Source: Candidatus Thorarchaeota archaeon
Lineage (GTDB): Archaea; Asgardarchaeota; Thorarchaeia; Thorarchaeales; Thorarchaeaceae
Length of the DNA stretch: 22,196 bases
NCBI GenBank assembly: GCA_003345545.1
Contig: PRDH01000049.1
Span: forward strand, 1-22,196
Direction: 5' to 3'
In this document: positions 8,377 to 16,878 of the stretch, piece by piece
Layout of the letters: each line of letters starts with the position of its first letter
Position numbering within the stretch: position 1 is the stretch's first letter
Translations under genes and position numbers: made by a program
The notes under the pieces: model-generated
Told to the model about the DNA's origin: nothing
What the model saw: the letters and a program-made list of their open reading frames with translations, nothing else
Databases searched by the model: none

Positions 8377-8597
8377 GCTGTGGCAACCTCAGCAATTAAT
8401 TCTACATCCCCAAGCTTGACCAATCGATTCAGGTCCAAGTTCCTCTTAGAAAAGGAGAGCACTTCAATCCCACTGACCTCTCCCCTCTTATCGTAGTCGA
8501 TGATGACGCCCTCTGAGATCTCAACACTCTCGGCCACCTTCTCTCCTTTGAGTCTGAAATAGACCGAATCCGCTACTTTGTCATACTCAGCTCGCAC
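8373..8597 (-). CDS. DUF2283 family protein (putative antitoxin)
   Basis: YDKVADSVYF...GVIIDYDKRGEVSGIEVL is the DUF2283 signature. GAGGTG SD precedes the GTG. Confidence 0.85.
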   Translation of the reverse strand: MRAEYDKVADSVYFRLKGEKVAESVEISEGVIIDYDKRGEVSGIEVLSFSKRNLDLNRLVKLGDVELIAEVATA

Positions 8598-8840
8598 ATG
8601 GAGGACACCTCGCCGTTACTTCTTGCTGATGGCTGATGATAATCCCATAGGTAACTGCGCTTTCCGATTGCATTCATCGCACAATGGAATCCAAAGAGGA
8701 GGGCAGATAATCCGAACTTTCTTGTGGCTGAACAATCACACCTGCTTCTCTTCGCGATAGGGGACCAGTCAGGCTTGACAATCTCGCGAAGTCATATTGA
8801 ACACGAGAAAGAGGAAACGCAAAACACGAAGTCAGAACCG

Positions 8841-8848
8841 TTTAATAT
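8841..8848 (+). promoter_or_regulatory. TATA-like box for the tautomerase gene (likely leaderless transcript)
   Basis: TTTAATAT lies 21-28 nt upstream of ATG 8869. Confidence 0.5.
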
Positions 8849-8868
8849 CCACAATTCAAGGATAGCGC

Positions 8869-9072
8869 ATGCCGACTGTTGATGTTAAAATGTGGAAAGG
8901 CGTATCAGAAGACGCCGTGGAACGAATCATCTCCGGAATTACGAAGGTCTTTGTTGAATTAGGAATTCCGGAGCGAGCTGTCGAAGTCATTGTTCAAGAG
9001 ATTCCAAAGACCCACTGGGGGATCGGGGGAAGACCAGCCTCAAGAGCGATGGCAGACACGAAGCCTCCCTGA
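8869..9072 (+). CDS. 4-oxalocrotonate tautomerase family protein
   Basis: 67 aa with a catalytic Pro-1 after Met removal (M-PTVDV) and VEVIVQEIPKTHWGIGG. Confidence 0.9.
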   Translation: MPTVDVKMWKGVSEDAVERIISGITKVFVELGIPERAVEVIVQEIPKTHWGIGGRPASRAMADTKPP

Positions 9073-9225
9073 AAGATTCCCGAGTATTCTGTAAGCCAAC
9101 AACCAGCAAGTCATTGTGATTCATGAGATGACGGCTGAGTGGTCGCTCTCCATATGTGCGATTCATAAATGCTTTATTGGTTCACAGCGTTCCTATAGAT
9201 AGGCGCTGGTAAGGAGTAACGCAAG

Positions 9226-9996
9226 GTGTCCAACTCAATAGACATCAGAACAGAGAAGCTCACTAAGAGCTTTGGAAGCATTCGAGCCCTTGTGGATCTT
9301 GACTTAGAGGTGCAACGGGGTGGCACATTTGGATTCCTCGGTCCGAATGGTGCTGGTAAGACCACAACAGTGAGGATATTATCAGGACTGCTGCGTCCCA
9401 CAAGCGGTAACGCCACAGTCTGCGGTTTCGATATACACACCCAGAGAGACCAGATCAAAGCTGTGACAGGCCTCTTGCCAGAAGCACCAGGTCTCTACTC
9501 CAAGCTATCTGCCGTAGAGTTTCTTGAATTCATAGGCGCACTCAACGACCTCTCTGGAGAAATACTCCACAAGCGCATCGACCAGCTCATGGCACTGATG
9601 GGTCTCGAGAGTCGACAGAATGACCTATTGGAGTCCTTCAGCTCAGGCATGAAACAAAAGGTGCTCGTGGCATCGACGATAATCCATGAACCCCGTCTTG
9701 TCTTTCTGGATGAACCCACCTCCAGACTGGACCCTGCTGCTAGTGCTCTTGTAAAAGAACTGATCCTTGCCTTGGCCAAGGAAACAGAAACGACATTCTT
9801 CATATGTTCTCACATGACGGACTTTGTGGAGCACGTCTGCGACATAATTGGTATCTTAGTCGATGGAGTTCTTACTACTCTCGGCTCTCCTGAAGACATC
9901 GTGCACAGAATCGGAGCAAGTGATTTAGAGGAAGCATACCTCAAGATAGTCGGCGGAGAGGTCGACAGGTCCAAGCTCCTGGCCTGGAGGGATTAG
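9226..9996 (+). CDS. ABC transporter ATP-binding protein (DrrA/CcmA-like exporter)
   Basis: Walker A GPNGAGKTT, signature FSSGMKQK, Walker B VFLDEP, H-loop CSH. AAGGAG SD precedes the GTG. Confidence 0.95.
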   Translation: MSNSIDIRTEKLTKSFGSIRALVDLDLEVQRGGTFGFLGPNGAGKTTTVRILSGLLRPTSGNATVCGFDIHTQRDQIKAVTGLLPEAPGLYSKLSAVEFLEFIGALNDLSGEILHKRIDQLMALMGLESRQNDLLESFSSGMKQKVLVASTIIHEPRLVFLDEPTSRLDPAASALVKELILALAKETETTFFICSHMTDFVEHVCDIIGILVDGVLTTLGSPEDIVHRIGASDLEEAYLKIVGGEVDRSKLLAWRD

Positions 9997-9999
9997 AGC

Positions 10000-11652
10000 A
10001 TGCCTGGCAAGTGGTTCGCAATTGCCAGGGCCGAGTTCTTAGTACAGACCTCAAGACTCCATCGATACCGAAAGGCAGCAAGCGTTTTCTTGCTGGGTCT
10101 AGGAATAGTCTGGGCTCTCTGGATTGTACCAGCGATAATGCCCGGTATTCTTGAGATCTTTGGATCAGGCGTTGAGATACTTCTTCAAGGCACCTTCCCT
10201 AGCTTGATGCGGTCCGTGATGCTGCTTCTATGGATCATTGTGTTGATCTATCCGATATCCTACGCTCTACAGGAGATACGGATTGGTCAATGGGAGATCA
10301 TGCTGAGTCATAATGTGAGCACGCGCAGTATGATGTTCGGATTCTTCTTGGGCAAAGTTCCAAGCTATGGACTGCTTGTACTCTTTATTGCCCCAGTCAT
10401 GCTAACTCCCTTTGCAATTGCCCTCAAAGTCAGCCTAGTAGGGCAAGCTATCATGTATCTCATGGTGTTCTTCGTGGCGTTGAGTACACTATTCCTCTCA
10501 ACTCTCGTGACAACCGCAATTCAAGCTAAGTTGGGAGAGTCTTCAAGAGGAAACGACATTGCCAAGGCACTGTCAATCGTCGTTGCAGTCGTAGTCCTTG
10601 TTCCGATGTACGGACTCATGTACTTCGCTGATGCTCTGTCCTCAGTCCTTGGGATGGATGTCTTCTTGCTCTTCCCCTTTACCTGGGGTGCAGACATCAT
10701 CTCATGGACAATAGTTCTCTTCAATGGACTTGGAATCTCGTCAGGTGCGTTCCTGGCCATTCTGAAACTTGACGCGCTTGCAGACCTGTTACTCTTGAGT
10801 GTGTTCACTGGTCTTGTTGTGCTCATTGCATTCAGGGCCGCGGATAGAATCTTCAGTTTTGGAGCAGGACCTAGGACCGAGAAGATTGTCACAATACGAG
10901 GTGAGAACATTCTTCTCAGGAAGATTCGAGGTCTCCTCCCGGGTCCTTTCGGGGTCATGGTCGTGACTTCCATCAAGGAGTTCAGTAGAAAGATGCAGAA
11001 CGTATCCCGATTGATCTATGGAGTGGTCCTCTCTGTGCTTCTACCTGTGATACTGAGCTACTCCGTGCAATCCCTTCCTGAAGGCGCTCCGGAAGGTGTA
11101 CAAGTCCTCATCACGATGATAGTCATACTCATGGTGGGCATGATGACGGCCATGATCAGTGGGATTACCTTTGGCGGGATGGGATTCCTCGAGTCTAAGG
11201 ACCAACTCTGGATAATCAAGTCCGCGCCAAGCGGCGCGTGGAAGTTCGCAAAGGCACGGCTAGTAGAATCACTCATCATCGCAGTTCTCATAGTCATAAT
11301 ACCGGCTGTCGCAGTGACGATTGTGTTCCAGTTCGGGATAATTGAGTTTGCTGCAATTCTCCTCTACACATATTGGTCGACAGCTGGTGCTGTGCTGATC
11401 AGCATCGGTATCACTGCAAACAACCCTACCTATGAGGACCAGAAGAGTTTCGCTTTCATAGCGAACACCCTTGCTTCTGTCTTCTTGGTAATGGTTATCC
11501 TCATGATTTCGCTGTTTGCAGGATTTGCCATGATGGCTACCCTCCAGAACCTGCCACTTATTCTCATCATAGCGAGTACTCCAATGGTCGTCATTGGTGC
11601 CTGCCTTTACTTTGTAGGTATAGCAAGGATGTCGAGAGCAGATACTGTGTAA
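10000..11652 (+). CDS. ABC-2-type exporter permease (multi-TM, two fused halves)
   Basis: About 12-14 hydrophobic segments, 3 nt downstream of the ATPase. Both halves begin with the typical ...KE/AE-F motif. ESKDQLWIIKSAP loop. Confidence 0.85.
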   Translation: MPGKWFAIARAEFLVQTSRLHRYRKAASVFLLGLGIVWALWIVPAIMPGILEIFGSGVEILLQGTFPSLMRSVMLLLWIIVLIYPISYALQEIRIGQWEIMLSHNVSTRSMMFGFFLGKVPSYGLLVLFIAPVMLTPFAIALKVSLVGQAIMYLMVFFVALSTLFLSTLVTTAIQAKLGESSRGNDIAKALSIVVAVVVLVPMYGLMYFADALSSVLGMDVFLLFPFTWGADIISWTIVLFNGLGISSGAFLAILKLDALADLLLLSVFTGLVVLIAFRAADRIFSFGAGPRTEKIVTIRGENILLRKIRGLLPGPFGVMVVTSIKEFSRKMQNVSRLIYGVVLSVLLPVILSYSVQSLPEGAPEGVQVLITMIVILMVGMMTAMISGITFGGMGFLESKDQLWIIKSAPSGAWKFAKARLVESLIIAVLIVIIPAVAVTIVFQFGIIEFAAILLYTYWSTAGAVLISIGITANNPTYEDQKSFAFIANTLASVFLVMVILMISLFAGFAMMATLQNLPLILIIASTPMVVIGACLYFVGIARMSRADTV

Positions 11653-11799
11653 TGCCTGGCCCGTAGGCAGTCTAGTGGTCCCATTGGCTATGTGGTGGAT
11701 TCAACAGACCTAAGAGGTGTGATAGTAGGGACTACGCAGCCTAGGCGACTGGTTCTCAGCTGTTTCCATTCAGTATGATGATTGTAGGAAGAATGGGCA

Positions 11800-11851
11800 A
11801 GAGAGAAAGAACTTCTCTCGATTTGAAATTGAAACTACATCTGTTTCTCTA
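11800..11851 (-). repeat. ~52-bp repeat copy B (hairpin GAGAGAA-AGAAC-TTCTCTC plus conserved tail)
   Basis: Shares two exact 15-nt blocks with 7489-7523 and supplies the stop codon of the TPR ORF. Confidence 0.8.
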
Positions 11852-12113
11852 TTAGTGGGATAGGGTCGTTTGGATTGAGGGAGGTAACAGTATCTATGAG
11901 AGCAAGGGCTTCAATTGTGCCTGGATTGTTCTTATCCAGGTTCTCCTGTCTTTGCATCAGTGCTACAGCCAATGTGACATGACCATTGACATGATTTGAA
12001 TTCTTTTCAATTAGGAGTCTTAGTGCTTCGATTGCTTCTCTATTCCTACCTTCTGTCATCATCCTTGCTGCTGCGTAATAGATCTGGTCTCGTGGATGTC
12101 TAGAGAGAGGCAT
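11835..12113 (-). pseudogene. TPR-repeat protein, probably 3'-truncated
   Basis: TPR-like pattern (EAIEALRLLIEKNSNHVNGHVTLAVAL...EALALIDTVTSLNPNDPIPL). The last codons and the stop (EKQM*) come from repeat copy B. Confidence 0.6.
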
Positions 12114-12188
12114 CAGAAATCACAATGAGAAACACGTGAAACAACTCTTAAGTCATCACCTACTTGTACAGATTCAGGTGAAAGGCCC

Positions 12189-13547
12189 TTGACAACAATG
12201 TTTGGTACAAACGGAGTCCGTGGTATAATAAACGAGGACTTTACCGTTGAATTGGTTCTCAATCTGAGTCGTGCTGTAGGCACTGTGCTAGGCCCCGGTG
12301 CAGTTGGTATAGCGCGGGACTCGCGGATGGGAGGCGAAATGTTCACTCGGGTATTGACTTCTGGGTTGACCTCAACAGGCTGTTCTGTTGTCGATCTTGG
12401 TCTCGTGCCATCTCCGACTTTGCAGTATATGATTCCCAGACTAGGATGTATCGCTGGAGTCATGGTTACAGCCTCACACAACCCCCCTCAATTCAATGGA
12501 ATGAAAGTGATAGGATCCACGGGAATTGAGATATCTCGCGAGATCGAAAATCAGATTGGATTAATCTACCAATCGAAGCAGTTCAAGATTGCTGATTGGA
12601 ACAAAATTGGTCTTGTCACACATTATGACTCTGCAATTGATGTGTATATAGAGGGAATCAAAAAGCTCCTCGATGTCGATAGAATAAAGAATAGGAAACT
12701 GAAAGTGATTGTTGATTGTGCTAATAGTGTAGGGGGTTTAGTGACACCTAGGCTCCTAAGAGAACTTGGATGTACCGTAGTTTCACTTAACGCTCAGTTG
12801 GATGGTTCATTTCCGGGAAGAAATCCTGAACCAATCCCTGAGAATATCAAGGACCTCGCACTCGCGGTGAGAGTCACTGGGGCTGATTTAGGGATAGCGC
12901 ATGATGGTGATGCAGATAGAGCAACCTTTGTTGATGAAACGGGCAGGGTACTGTGGGGTGACCAATCCTTTGCATTGATTGCCTCGCGAGTATTGGCTAA
13001 GAAACATGGGTCAACTCTAGTCACGCCTGTTTCAAGCGGTCGTCTTATTGAGGATGTAGTCCGAAAAGCTGGCGCCAGGATTGATTGGACTGAAGTTGGA
13101 AGTGTTGTTGTTTCGCACAGACTTGAAGAGATTGGCGCAGAATTAGGTGGTGAGGAAAATGGCGGGGTCTTTTTCCCGGCTCATCAGCCTGTCCGTGATG
13201 GTGCAATGACTGCTACCCAAGTGGTGGAAATGATTGCCCTAGAAGGTAAGACTCTCTCACAGCTTGTCAGTGAACTTCCTGCATATTTCAATACAAAGGT
13301 GAAAGTACATGTACCTCAAGAAAAGAAGGAATCGATTCTAGAGGCACTCCTTGAACTAAGTAAGGACATGAATCGTATAACAATAGATGGTGTGAAGATA
13401 ATCCACGATGACGGCTGGATTCTCATCAGACCGTCCGGCACTGAGCCTATCTATCGTTGTTTTGCCGAAGGAAACACGCAAGAAACTGCAGATCGCCTCA
13501 GTGACGAAGGTGTTAGGCTTATTGAGCGTGCAGAGAAACTGGTCTAA
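12189..13547 (+). CDS. glmM: Alpha-D-phosphohexomutase (phosphoglucosamine mutase / PMM-PGM)
   Basis: FGTNGVRG, phosphoserine loop TASHNP, metal loop DGDADR, GEENGG and RPSGTEP. TTG start with GGTGA SD. GlmM versus PMM/PGM specificity cannot be determined by eye. Confidence 0.9.
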   Translation: MTTMFGTNGVRGIINEDFTVELVLNLSRAVGTVLGPGAVGIARDSRMGGEMFTRVLTSGLTSTGCSVVDLGLVPSPTLQYMIPRLGCIAGVMVTASHNPPQFNGMKVIGSTGIEISREIENQIGLIYQSKQFKIADWNKIGLVTHYDSAIDVYIEGIKKLLDVDRIKNRKLKVIVDCANSVGGLVTPRLLRELGCTVVSLNAQLDGSFPGRNPEPIPENIKDLALAVRVTGADLGIAHDGDADRATFVDETGRVLWGDQSFALIASRVLAKKHGSTLVTPVSSGRLIEDVVRKAGARIDWTEVGSVVVSHRLEEIGAELGGEENGGVFFPAHQPVRDGAMTATQVVEMIALEGKTLSQLVSELPAYFNTKVKVHVPQEKKESILEALLELSKDMNRITIDGVKIIHDDGWILIRPSGTEPIYRCFAEGNTQETADRLSDEGVRLIERAEKLV

Positions 13548-13712
13548 AACCTCCTTCCATTATCTAGTATCATCTCCAAATGAAATGACAGACTGATTTG
13601 GTACTTGAGTTATACCTATTGAAAATGCCAGTTCATAACGCTTATCTCTAGCTGCAAGGTAGGAATTCAAACTGGATGGCGTTTTCGTATCCACTGGTGA
13701 TGTGATTAGTTT

Positions 13713-14876
13713 ATGTTGAGAATAGCTTATGTCAGCAGTTATACACCCAGAGAGTGTGGAATAGCCACTTTCACTGAGGATTTGACAAAGAGCATAGACG
13801 CTCTCCACGTATTGGAACCTGCAGCTATTATCGGTATAAATGATCCCGGCTCAACCTATAACTATGGAAAAGAAGTTGTGATGCAAATTGATGCGGCTGA
13901 TGAGAGAACCTATCACCAAGTAGCTGATCTAGTCAACGGTTCAGATTTCGATTTGGTAAATGTGCAACATGAGTTTGGACTTTTCGGTGGAGATTGGGGG
14001 AATTATCTCTTGACCTTCCTCGGAAAACTGAGCAAGCCTAGCATTACTACAATGCACACAACACTCTCGCCCCATTCGAAGATATTCCAGTCGCCTGAAA
14101 GTACTGCAGCTCATAACAAGGTGTTGAAGGGGATAGGGCGATACAGCTCTGCCATTGTAGTCATGACGAAGATGGCGGCAAACATCCTCAGAGAAACCTA
14201 TGATATCGATGCTGATAAAATCCGGATCATTCCACATGGAGCCCCTCCTATGCCATCTGTGCCAAGCGAGCTGGCAAAAGATGCCTTGGGCTTCAATGGG
14301 CGAATTGTCTTGTCTACCTTCGGCCTCTTAAGTCGAGATAAGGGAATTGAAAATGCAATCAAGGCTCTGCCAGAACTCGTCAAAGAGTGGCCCGACATAC
14401 TCTATCTGGTAATTGGAGCGACTCATCCACAGGTTAGACTGCATGAAGGCGAGAAATACAGAAACCGACTAGTCCGTTTGGTGAAGAGATTAAAGTTAGA
14501 GAACAATGTCAAGTTCAACAATCGCTTTCTGACCCAAGATGAACTAATTCAATACTTACAGGGTACGGATGTGTATATTTGCCCTTATATCAACGTGGAT
14601 CAACTCTCAAGTGGGACAGTGACTTATGCACTAGGGGCTGGAAGAGCCATTGTTTCTACTCCCTTCTACTACGCTACAGAAGTTTTGGCTGAAGGTCGGG
14701 GATTACTCTGCAAATTTAAAAATCCCAGTTCCATCACCGAAAGCATCAGACAACTCTTAGAAAACCCTGGGCAAAGAGCAAGTATTGAGAAGCTGGCATA
14801 TGAGTACGGTCAGGAAATGACATGGCCCAAAGTGGCTTCGAAATATGCTTCTTTATTTAAAGAAGTGATTCGGTAG
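13713..14876 (+). CDS. Glycosyltransferase family 4 (GT-B)
   Basis: PRECGIATF, NVQHEFGLFGG, IPHG, FGLLSRDKGIE and SSGTVTYALGAGRAIVSTP match the GT4 subgroup usually linked to GH130 genes. Confidence 0.9.
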   Translation: MLRIAYVSSYTPRECGIATFTEDLTKSIDALHVLEPAAIIGINDPGSTYNYGKEVVMQIDAADERTYHQVADLVNGSDFDLVNVQHEFGLFGGDWGNYLLTFLGKLSKPSITTMHTTLSPHSKIFQSPESTAAHNKVLKGIGRYSSAIVVMTKMAANILRETYDIDADKIRIIPHGAPPMPSVPSELAKDALGFNGRIVLSTFGLLSRDKGIENAIKALPELVKEWPDILYLVIGATHPQVRLHEGEKYRNRLVRLVKRLKLENNVKFNNRFLTQDELIQYLQGTDVYICPYINVDQLSSGTVTYALGAGRAIVSTPFYYATEVLAEGRGLLCKFKNPSSITESIRQLLENPGQRASIEKLAYEYGQEMTWPKVASKYASLFKEVIR

Positions 14877-14884
14877 AGAGGAGG

Positions 14885-15934
14885 TTGGATTCTATCAAAC
14901 TTCCTTCTATCAGCTTTGGCTGGCTACAAGATCTGACCGATGACACAGGTATATTCCAACACGCAAAAGCCTCGATTGCTGACAGGAGAGAAGGATATAC
15001 TACTGACGATAATGCTCGTGCTCTCATAGCTGCCCTCAAATTATATAGATTAGGCGGAGATGAACAAGCTATGACCCTTGCACGGACCTATCTGAGCTTT
15101 CTTCTCCATATGCAGAAGGAAGATGGGCGGGTTCACAACTTCCTTGGATACAATCGCAGCTTTCTCGATGAAGAGGGGTCGGAAGACTCACTCGGTCGGG
15201 TTCTTTGGGCCTGTGGATATTCTCAAGATACACTGGTTTCTGACGATTTAAGAATGATAGCGAATGAGATTTTCGACAAGAGCTTGATTTGGGCGTTGAA
15301 ATCTGGTTCGCCTAGAACACATGCCTATGCCATCCTGGGCCTTTATTACTATGTTAAGGCATTTCCTCAAGACAAGAACCTTCCGTTGAATGTGATTCAA
15401 TTGGCTGATCGCCTCTGTGAAGCCTATAGGCATGAATCAACAGAGTCGTGGCAATGGTTCGAGCCAAACCTTACGTATGCAAATGCTCGACTTCCTCATG
15501 CCCTTTTCAGGGCATATCAGACAACCGGAAAGGAAGATTATCTCATCATCGCTGAGAAGACTTTCGAGTTTCTTGCATCAACGGTTATTATTCATGATAT
15601 GTTCCAACCGGTAGGCAATCGGTCCTGGCAGAGAAGAGGTGGACGAAAGACGCTCTATGATCAACAGCCAATTGAAGCATCATGTATGGTGGAAGCGGCA
15701 TCCACAGCATTTCAGGTAACTGGAAAGAAGCGATACTCCAAAATTGCATGCATTGCATTTGATTGGTTCATGGGAAAGAACTCAAAGAACATAATGGTCT
15801 ATAATCCCGCCACTGGCGGTTGTTTTGACGGGATTACACCTGAAGGACTCAACAGAAACCAGGGGGCGGAGTCAGGTCTCTCCTATCTCTTGGCCCGTCT
15901 TGAGATGGAGACTTTGTGTAAGAATGAGCCATAG
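14885..15934 (+). CDS. (alpha/alpha)6 six-hairpin glycosidase-like protein (domain usually fused C-terminal to this GT4 subgroup)
   Basis: GIFQHA...GYTTDDNARAL, SEDSLGR, WFE..LTYANARLPHAL, DQQPIEA and GGCFDG...NQGAES. It has its own GGAGGT SD and a TTG start. Confidence 0.8.
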   Translation: MDSIKLPSISFGWLQDLTDDTGIFQHAKASIADRREGYTTDDNARALIAALKLYRLGGDEQAMTLARTYLSFLLHMQKEDGRVHNFLGYNRSFLDEEGSEDSLGRVLWACGYSQDTLVSDDLRMIANEIFDKSLIWALKSGSPRTHAYAILGLYYYVKAFPQDKNLPLNVIQLADRLCEAYRHESTESWQWFEPNLTYANARLPHALFRAYQTTGKEDYLIIAEKTFEFLASTVIIHDMFQPVGNRSWQRRGGRKTLYDQQPIEASCMVEAASTAFQVTGKKRYSKIACIAFDWFMGKNSKNIMVYNPATGGCFDGITPEGLNRNQGAESGLSYLLARLEMETLCKNEP

Positions 15935-15960
15935 TGTTTAATCGGAAAAGCCGAACTCAA

Positions 15961-16845
15961 CTAGGGAAGAAGTTCTCCCAGGTCATATTCGGCTCCACAG
16001 ACTACGGAATCCGCACCACCATAATAGACCAGAAGCTTGCCATCCAACATGACGCTCCCACAGCTAAACACGACATTAGGCACCTTGCCAAACCTTTCAT
16101 ACTCCTCACTTGGTTCCAATATTGGTTTTTCCGAACGATAGAGTATGTTCTCCGGATTCTCCTTGTCAATCAAGAGAGCGCCGAGACGATAGACGTAGTT
16201 AAAATCCACCCCATGATATATGAAAAGCCAGCCCTCACTCACTTCGATGGGCGGTCCTGCTGATCCGACCTTGAGGCAGTCCCAACTATCGTGTCTGGGC
16301 TGCATCACCGCCTTCATATTACACCACCGTTTCAGGTCGTCGGAATACGCCACACACAGATAAGGTTCAATACGGTGATACATCACATAGCGCCCATCTA
16401 TCTTCTTAGGGAATATCACTGCATTCTTGTTGAGTATACCATCAAAGGGCAACCATCTCTCTCCCCAGTTCCAGTCACCTGATAGTAGGTCTTCTAGAGA
16501 AATCCTTGTGATGGAGACTTGGTACGCGTTACTGGGATAACTCCTGTAGGCTGTATACGTCATCAGGCATTCTCCATCCATTTGGGTGAGTCGGGGGTCT
16601 TCACAGCCTAGATTCTCACAGGAACTTGCCGGTGCGAAAGCTGGTTCGGGCTGTCGTGTGTCAATCGAATATCCATCCGAAGAACTCGCGTATCCCAAAC
16701 GTGACACTCCATCGTCTCCCATGGCACGATAAAGGATATGGACTTTATCTCCTGCATAGAGGGCGGCTGCATTGAATACTTCTCGATTTTGCCAGTAATG
16801 ACCTGGTACTGGTTCAAGGATTGGGTTGTTTTCGAAGCGCTTCAT
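15961..16845 (-). CDS. GH130 family beta-mannoside phosphorylase/glycosidase (PH1107/DUF377-like)
   Basis: NPILEP, VFNAA, ILYRA, GCEDPRL, NKNAVIFP, MYHR, GWLFIYHGV, VPNVVFSCG and YYGGAD. Confidence 0.9.
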   Translation of the reverse strand: MKRFENNPILEPVPGHYWQNREVFNAAALYAGDKVHILYRAMGDDGVSRLGYASSSDGYSIDTRQPEPAFAPASSCENLGCEDPRLTQMDGECLMTYTAYRSYPSNAYQVSITRISLEDLLSGDWNWGERWLPFDGILNKNAVIFPKKIDGRYVMYHRIEPYLCVAYSDDLKRWCNMKAVMQPRHDSWDCLKVGSAGPPIEVSEGWLFIYHGVDFNYVYRLGALLIDKENPENILYRSEKPILEPSEEYERFGKVPNVVFSCGSVMLDGKLLVYYGGADSVVCGAEYDLGELLP

Positions 16846-16878
16846 TAGTTTTCTCTCCTGATGTTACGTGAAGGAATC

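Noticed and set aside
8616-8735. 39-codon minus-strand ORF (MFSHKKVRIICPPLWIPLCDECNRK...) with a CxxC and a GGTG upstream
   Set aside because: Too short, only three Cys and no recognisable family; it may be debris.
7470-9100. Integron-like cassette array (small genes, TA modules, palindromes)
   Set aside because: I found no RYYYAAC...GTTRRRY attC pairs, gene orientations are mixed and there is no IntI.
9185-9208. Hairpin CAGCG-TT-CCTAT-AG-ATAGG-CGCTG before the ABC ATPase SD
   Set aside because: It does not occlude the SD and has a very tight loop; no evidence of function.
11761-11800. SECIS-like element (ATGA within a CCATTC/GAATGG stem)
   Set aside because: The geometry does not fit a SECIS core, and there is no in-frame TGA selenoprotein candidate nearby.
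5391-11851. CRISPR interpretation of the repeated hairpins
   Set aside because: The copies are kilobases apart and degenerate, with no regular spacers and no cas genes.
14870-14890. Frameshift/pseudogene explanation for the GT4 and six-hairpin split
   Set aside because: The GT4 ends at its natural C-terminus, and the second ORF has a strong GGAGGT SD with a properly spaced TTG.
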